A stretch of 63,967 bases of DNA, the filler included, from Dimorphilus gyrociliatus (taxonomy: Eukaryota; Animalia; Annelida): the NCBI GenBank assembly GCA_904063045.1. It is 4 parts of 4 records of this genome, joined end to end, with 100 filler letters (N's around TTAATTAATTAA, not from the genome) between each part and the next. Parts side by side here need not be neighbours in the genome. Positions count along the whole stretch, not along the records: positions 58,779 to 63,967 come from CAJFCJ010000055.1; 3 more parts are not named here. The stretch is one strand, 5' to 3'. Under the pieces are notes generated by a model, which was not told the origin of the DNA, searched no databases, and worked only from the letters and a program-made list of their open reading frames with translations. Positions 58,779 through 63,967 of this stretch are shown piece after piece (the first letter of the stretch is position 1; every line of letters starts with the position of its first letter). The translations under genes and the position numbers were made by a program.

Positions 58779-61700
58779 GGTATGAGTTTGAAATCAAGGG
58801 AAGATGCCTGGAAGCTTTAGAATACCCGGAGATTGCTGTAATAAGCCAAAATGCTATAACTACAGAGGAATGAAAGAGATGGCCATATTTAGAGGACATC
58901 CCCATCCCGCAACTGGAACGCAGACAAGTAGACCTGCTGTTAGGATGCGACTATGCAGACTTGATCGCACCCAGGACAATATTGGAAGGAGATGTGAATG
59001 AGCCAATTGCCATGCTTTCAAAACTAGGATGGTCAATAACAGGATGGAAATTACAAAAAGGGAGGCAGGCGAAAGTATCTTTGATATTAAAGGGGGATAG
59101 CTCAAAGGAACAAAAGCTAACTCTAAGAGATGAAGAATGGGTAGAAAAATTGGATAAGAACATATCCTTCAAGGATGGAAAGGTATATGCCCCCATTCTG
59201 TTCAATGGTGATGAGAAGGAGCTGTGGTGTAACAGATACATGGCATACAAAAGGTTGAAGGGCCTACAAAAAAGGTTCACAAGAGATAAACAGTATGAGG
59301 AACAATATGATGAAGGCATCATGGACTATATAAACAAGGGTTACACAAGAAGAAAGGGAGAAAAGGACATAATAAAATGGTTCATACCACATCACGGTGT
59401 AGCGAATCCGAATAAAAAAGGATTGCGAATAGTATATGATTGCGCAGCAAAATACTATGGGCGGAGCGTTAATGGTACAATATCAACAGGCGGGAGGTTA
59501 GTGGGAGACATACCTTCTACATTGACAAATTGGAGGAGTGGGAAGCACTATCTAATAGGAGACATAAAAGCAATGTTCCACCAAGTAAACCTTAAAGAAG
59601 TGGATCAACAGTACTTTGGTCTACTTTACTGGCCCCCTGGAAAGCCAAAGTCAAGAGGCAATATAGTAGAGTATCTCATGACAAGACATGTGTTTGGGGC
59701 AAAAGATAGTCCTTATGTAGTATCAGCAACCCTGAGAAAGGTGTTGAAGGCCTCTCACTTGTCAAGAGAGGAGAGGGAAGAGATAACAAGAAGCTTTTAT
59801 GTGGACAACCTTATATTGGCATCCAATGACGAAGATTACCTAGGGGAAGTGTTAGAGAAGGTGTTGAAGGCTCTCGATAGCTACTTCACACTTACGAAGC
59901 TGGTGACAAACTCAATAGAAATTAGAAAGATCATCCCACCTGAAAGGAGAATTTATGATTACCCAGAAAAGGTATTGGGCATTAAATATGAAGGAAAGGA
60001 GGATAAACTGTATTGGATAATACAAAAGAAGACGTTAGAGCTTAAGGCTACTTGGAGAGACATGTTAGGGGCAGTGGCAAGCATTTATGATCCCCTTGGA
60101 TTAATAAACATTGTGATGAGCAAATTAAGGCTCACATTTTCACAACTCAGCAAAGGCATGAGCCATTGGAAAGAGGAAATACCAGAAGAGAAGAGAAGAG
60201 ACTGGAACACAATTGTAGCCAGGTTGCCTGGACAATTAAATATAGCTTGCTACGCCGGGAGCTCCAAAGGGTACCACATCTACACAGACACCTCAGATAC
60301 AACGTTGGGAGTGGCAATCTACTCATATGCTAATGGAACTGAAATGATAATGAGGTCAAAGGCCTTGATGGTTAGACCAGCCATGAAAACAACGCCAAGG
60401 TGTGAGCTGGCTTCAGCATTACAAGGGGTGAGATTGGCACTGGAGGTGAGCAAAGGGGTGGCGAGAAGGCCTGCCCTATTTATGACAGACTCGGAAGTGG
60501 TACTGAGGTGCATCAAGAATGACATGGAAAAGTACGCACGAACGAAGGTACTGGAGATACGGCAGTACACAGACCCAGATCAGTGGCACCATGTGAAGAG
60601 CGAAAATAACCCAGCAGATTGGCTAACTAAAATACCAAAAAATTCAACCAGGAAAAGTATGACAAATGGGCAAAGAGAGAAATAACAATGACACAACAAG
60701 GACAGCCATGCAAGGTACTGTTACTGAAAAAACCAGCTGATAATGAGCAGGACTTTGCAAAGTTCTTATCCCAGAGAGCGGGGAAGGAGCTGACCAATGT
60801 AAATGATGTCAACCTGGAAGTAGAGAAAGCCATATGAGAAACTCAAATGGAGATAAACCCAAAAAGACTGGCAAAATATGCGATAACAAGGGGACAGGAC
60901 GGAATGAGAATCCAACTCCGAAGACTGGGGAAGGAGAGCTACCTTGAGAACCCTAGGATCTTGGATGGAAAGTCAACGATTGGAAAATTGATGGTGAACA
61001 GGATTCATGAGGAAAACTGCCACGCTCCCCTGGCTAAAATGAGAGTAATCTTAAGGGAGACCTATTGGGTACTGAATGAGGTAGCTACCATAAGATGAGT
61101 CATTGTGGAATGCGATCAGTGCAGGAGGTATAGATCTACAATCCGTTATGAGAAAAGAGGCAACAAGCCGTACTCCTTTCAAATTGAAAATGACCTAGAA
61201 ATATTTAAATATATTGGCATCGACCATTTTGGCCCCTTTAAGCTCAAACAAGGTGGCAAGCTCTATGTATTGCTACTTATATGCCTGCAGAGTAAAACTG
61301 TATGGCTGGAGGTAACAGAGGGTCTAGACACAAACTCCACCAAGCTGGCGTTGGAAAGAGCATGGGCAAGGGAGAGGAGACCATCCTTAATAATCTCTGA
61401 CAATTATAGGACCTTTAAGGCTATGGCTCAGGAAAAAAAAAACCAAATCGATTGGCAATTCAAGGCGCCCTACCAAGGAGGCATGTGTGAGGTAGCAGTT
61501 AAGACAGCTAAATATTTGGCCAAACCATATCTACACAATTGCTGGTCTCACCAGAAATGGCAGACGCTGTGGTTGCTAGTAGAGAAGGTAATAAACGTTA
61601 AGCCATTACAGCAGCAGCTAGATGACCCTGACCAGATATTGGTAGCACCCAATTTACTAAAGAAGAGACAACGGGAGCTACGTTGAAATGAAAGCAAATG

Positions 61701-62347
61701 GAGTCAGAAGCGTTGGAACGAGATACAGCGACAATGGAAAAGGATCTACCTGCAAGAGCTGGTCAGACAACAGCAGAGAATGAAGGGAGGAAGAAAGCTG
61801 CAAGTCGGAGACAAGGTCCTAGTCACTGACAAACAAAAAGCTAGGCATAGATGGGTGACTGGAGTACTAACAGAAATCATACCTAGTCATGATGGAGCCA
61901 CGAGAAAGTGCAAGTTGAATACAGCAAGGGGCCCACTTATCAGGGCTGCGGGAGAACTACTGTTTGTGGGAGAGTAAACAGAACGTTATATGCTAACGTT
62001 CCATTCACATTACATGATATGAGTGAATGTGTGTTAGTGTGTGAGCGTCAGTGTCTGAGCGTCACTTAAGAAGGGAGTTTGACTTAGCCCAGAGTTGGGA
62101 CAGTCCAACTTGATGTTATGTCACATCGTTGATAACAACGTGGCATGAACGTGGCATGAATGTGGCAATACAGATGAGCACAGTCAAACACCCAATTAAG
62201 TGACACTAACAAAGTATAAAAGGGAGTGAATGTAATAGAATGGTGTGAGAGACCAAAAGAATATCAAATAAAATTTATACGAAATCCTTAGGAATTTCGT
62301 GCTATAAGCGAAAAACAAAATCTTATAAATATATTTCTAATATAGCA
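58779..62347 (+). mobile_element. BEL/Pao LTR retrotransposon (pol and 3' LTR), disrupted; 5' part in gap
   Basis: Order PR end (LLGCD..KLGWSITG), RT (WFIPHHGV..RIVYDCAA..DIKAMFHQV..FYVDN), RNase H (ASIYDPLG..YTDTS..TPRCEL..TDSEVVL..NPADW), integrase (H..H..YW..CDQC; GIDHFGP; ISDN), C-terminal GDKVLV..RW..G..SHDG..R. Frameshifts and stops at about 60685, 61098 and 61686; GGGAGAG PPT-like at about 61969; LTR about 61975-62347. Confidence 0.93.
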
Positions 62348-62358
62348 AATACAATTTT

Positions 62359-62930
62359 ATGGTTGTTTATAGGAATAACAAGAAATTGATCTATTCATTC
62401 TTCTTCTCTATAGAATACTTTTTTTTAACTATTTTAGATATTTTTCAAAAGTATTTAAAAAATCATTTAAATGATAATTTGAATATTTTTTTGCTTTTTG
62501 CATTTATATCACTTCAATTGATAATAAATCCATTGTTAATGATGCATAGAGAATGGCGTGATTTTACTGTTATTGAAAAAAGGAAGAAGAAAGCTTTAGA
62601 AGAAATTTTAAGAAAACAATTACAAAGAACAGCAAATGAGAAATGTATTTAATTTTTGTTTATTTTTTTGTGGTTTAATATCACTTTTTTTTAGATTTAG
62701 TTTTTCTAAATACCTTTTCTACAAATTGTCTAACATGTAATATAAATAGAGGTGCAATTCAAGATTTTTCAATAACTGAACCATTTATTGAAGGAAAAGG
62801 TTATCTCCGTTGTATAAAATGTCTACTACAAGCCTTAGATTTTATGCACTAGTGTCATTTTTCGTTAGAAGGAAATATTTCAGAAAAATTTATAAAAGTT
62901 CATGTAAAAATTCTGATAAAACAACTCAAA
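62359..62930 (+). pseudogene. Possible decayed TM plus CxxC..CxxC fragment
   Basis: Hydrophobic FLLFAFISLQLIINPLL in ORF 62359-62652, then NCLTCNINRG..YLRCIKCLLQ* at 62727-62860. Confidence 0.3.
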
Positions 62931-63967
62931 ATAAAAATATTTTATGAATTTTAATGTATTTTTTCAGACTTTTAAAGGAAAAGTAGATTACTTTTTAACA
63001 GCAACAACAATGTTGCATTTGAATGATTTTAATGAAAAGGAAGACATTTATTCAATTGCAATATTTATTGATAGAATTATTATGAAAAAATTCTAATTTT
63101 TGCTTTAAGAATTATGAAACATTGAAATAAATAATCTGTATAAGATACATTTTTTGTTCATTTGTTAAAGTAAACGTTCTAACATTTTAATACCGAGTAA
63201 TTTAATTCACTTATTATGCATAAATTATTTTCTCGAACACAATTCAAAAAAGTAATATCTGAAAAATTAACAAAATTGAATATCTTGAAAGTAATAGAGA
63301 GTCATATTCTTTACATTCTTGTGATTTTTCCATTTTCATATTTTCAATTGTGATAAGCCTGAAAAAATTTTATTATGACAGAACATAGAAAATAAATTCA
63401 TCCTTCAACAACAAAAACCTATTTTGTACATTCCTTTGCTTTTGTTCTCTAACTTTTCTTACAAATATATTAATAGTGAATAGCAAAGAATTAAAAATGG
63501 CAGTTAACGGTAGGATTAAAGATAAGATTCAAATGTATGTGTAATTTGACATGCAAATCTCTTTAAAAATGAGAGATATGCTATTTGTTTCAAAACGTAC
63601 ATAGGCCAAATTACTTAAAAAATTGCATATCAGAGAAACTTATTTTTACTACTTAGAGTGGAAATTGACAAGCACATTGTCACATAGCATAATATTCATG
63701 TAGCATGGATCATATTGCAAAAAATACTAGATATTTGTAATACTCTGAAACACTGGATTTAGTATTGGTTGTCTAACCCTGTAGTTCTAGCATTGTTAAT
63801 AATACGGTATATGCTATTATCATAGGTAATAAAGTCAGGCTCCATATTAGTTTACCTTTACAATAAAGCTAATGACTGGTCAATATCTTCATATTTTCCT
63901 CTGCCCCAATGACATATCAACCTTGTAATTCTATCATGTTGGAATACATAAAGGGCCGTATCTGAAG

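Overview
AT-rich, gene-dense eukaryotic (animal, probably lophotrochozoan) scaffold with very short GT-AG introns (about 49-59 nt) and three 100-bp N gaps carrying a TTAATTAATTAA linker. Intron size and gene families fit a compact annelid-type genome such as Dimorphilus, but that is only inference. The window mixes secreted, surface and immune-type genes with mobile elements. Genes: GRL101/LGR-like receptors, RNI-type LRR fragments, PAN/F-type lectin pieces, a VWD-EGF-cadherin gene, a CBM14-TSP1-C1q gene, a UGT, two Ly6/LU genes, an orphan GPCR, an ITIH-C-domain gene and a membrane protein with five RING-like repeats. Many carry premature stops or frameshifts. Mobile elements: a mariner, a MULE plus three 3' fragments, a Penelope-like element, a BEL/Pao LTR element and a solo LTR. 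Main finds: (1) two paralogous two-exon precursors of cationic Cys peptides, 38 kb apart, sharing a C-x2-C-x8-C-x6-C core, a 57-nt intron splitting a dibasic site and the same TATA/ATG geometry (candidate antimicrobial peptide family); (2) two minimal type I hammerhead ribozymes with compensatory changes, one upstream of the Penelope ORF; (3) a membrane protein with five tandem degenerate RING-like units; (4) four conserved ~60-nt hairpins separated by non-conserved spacers.
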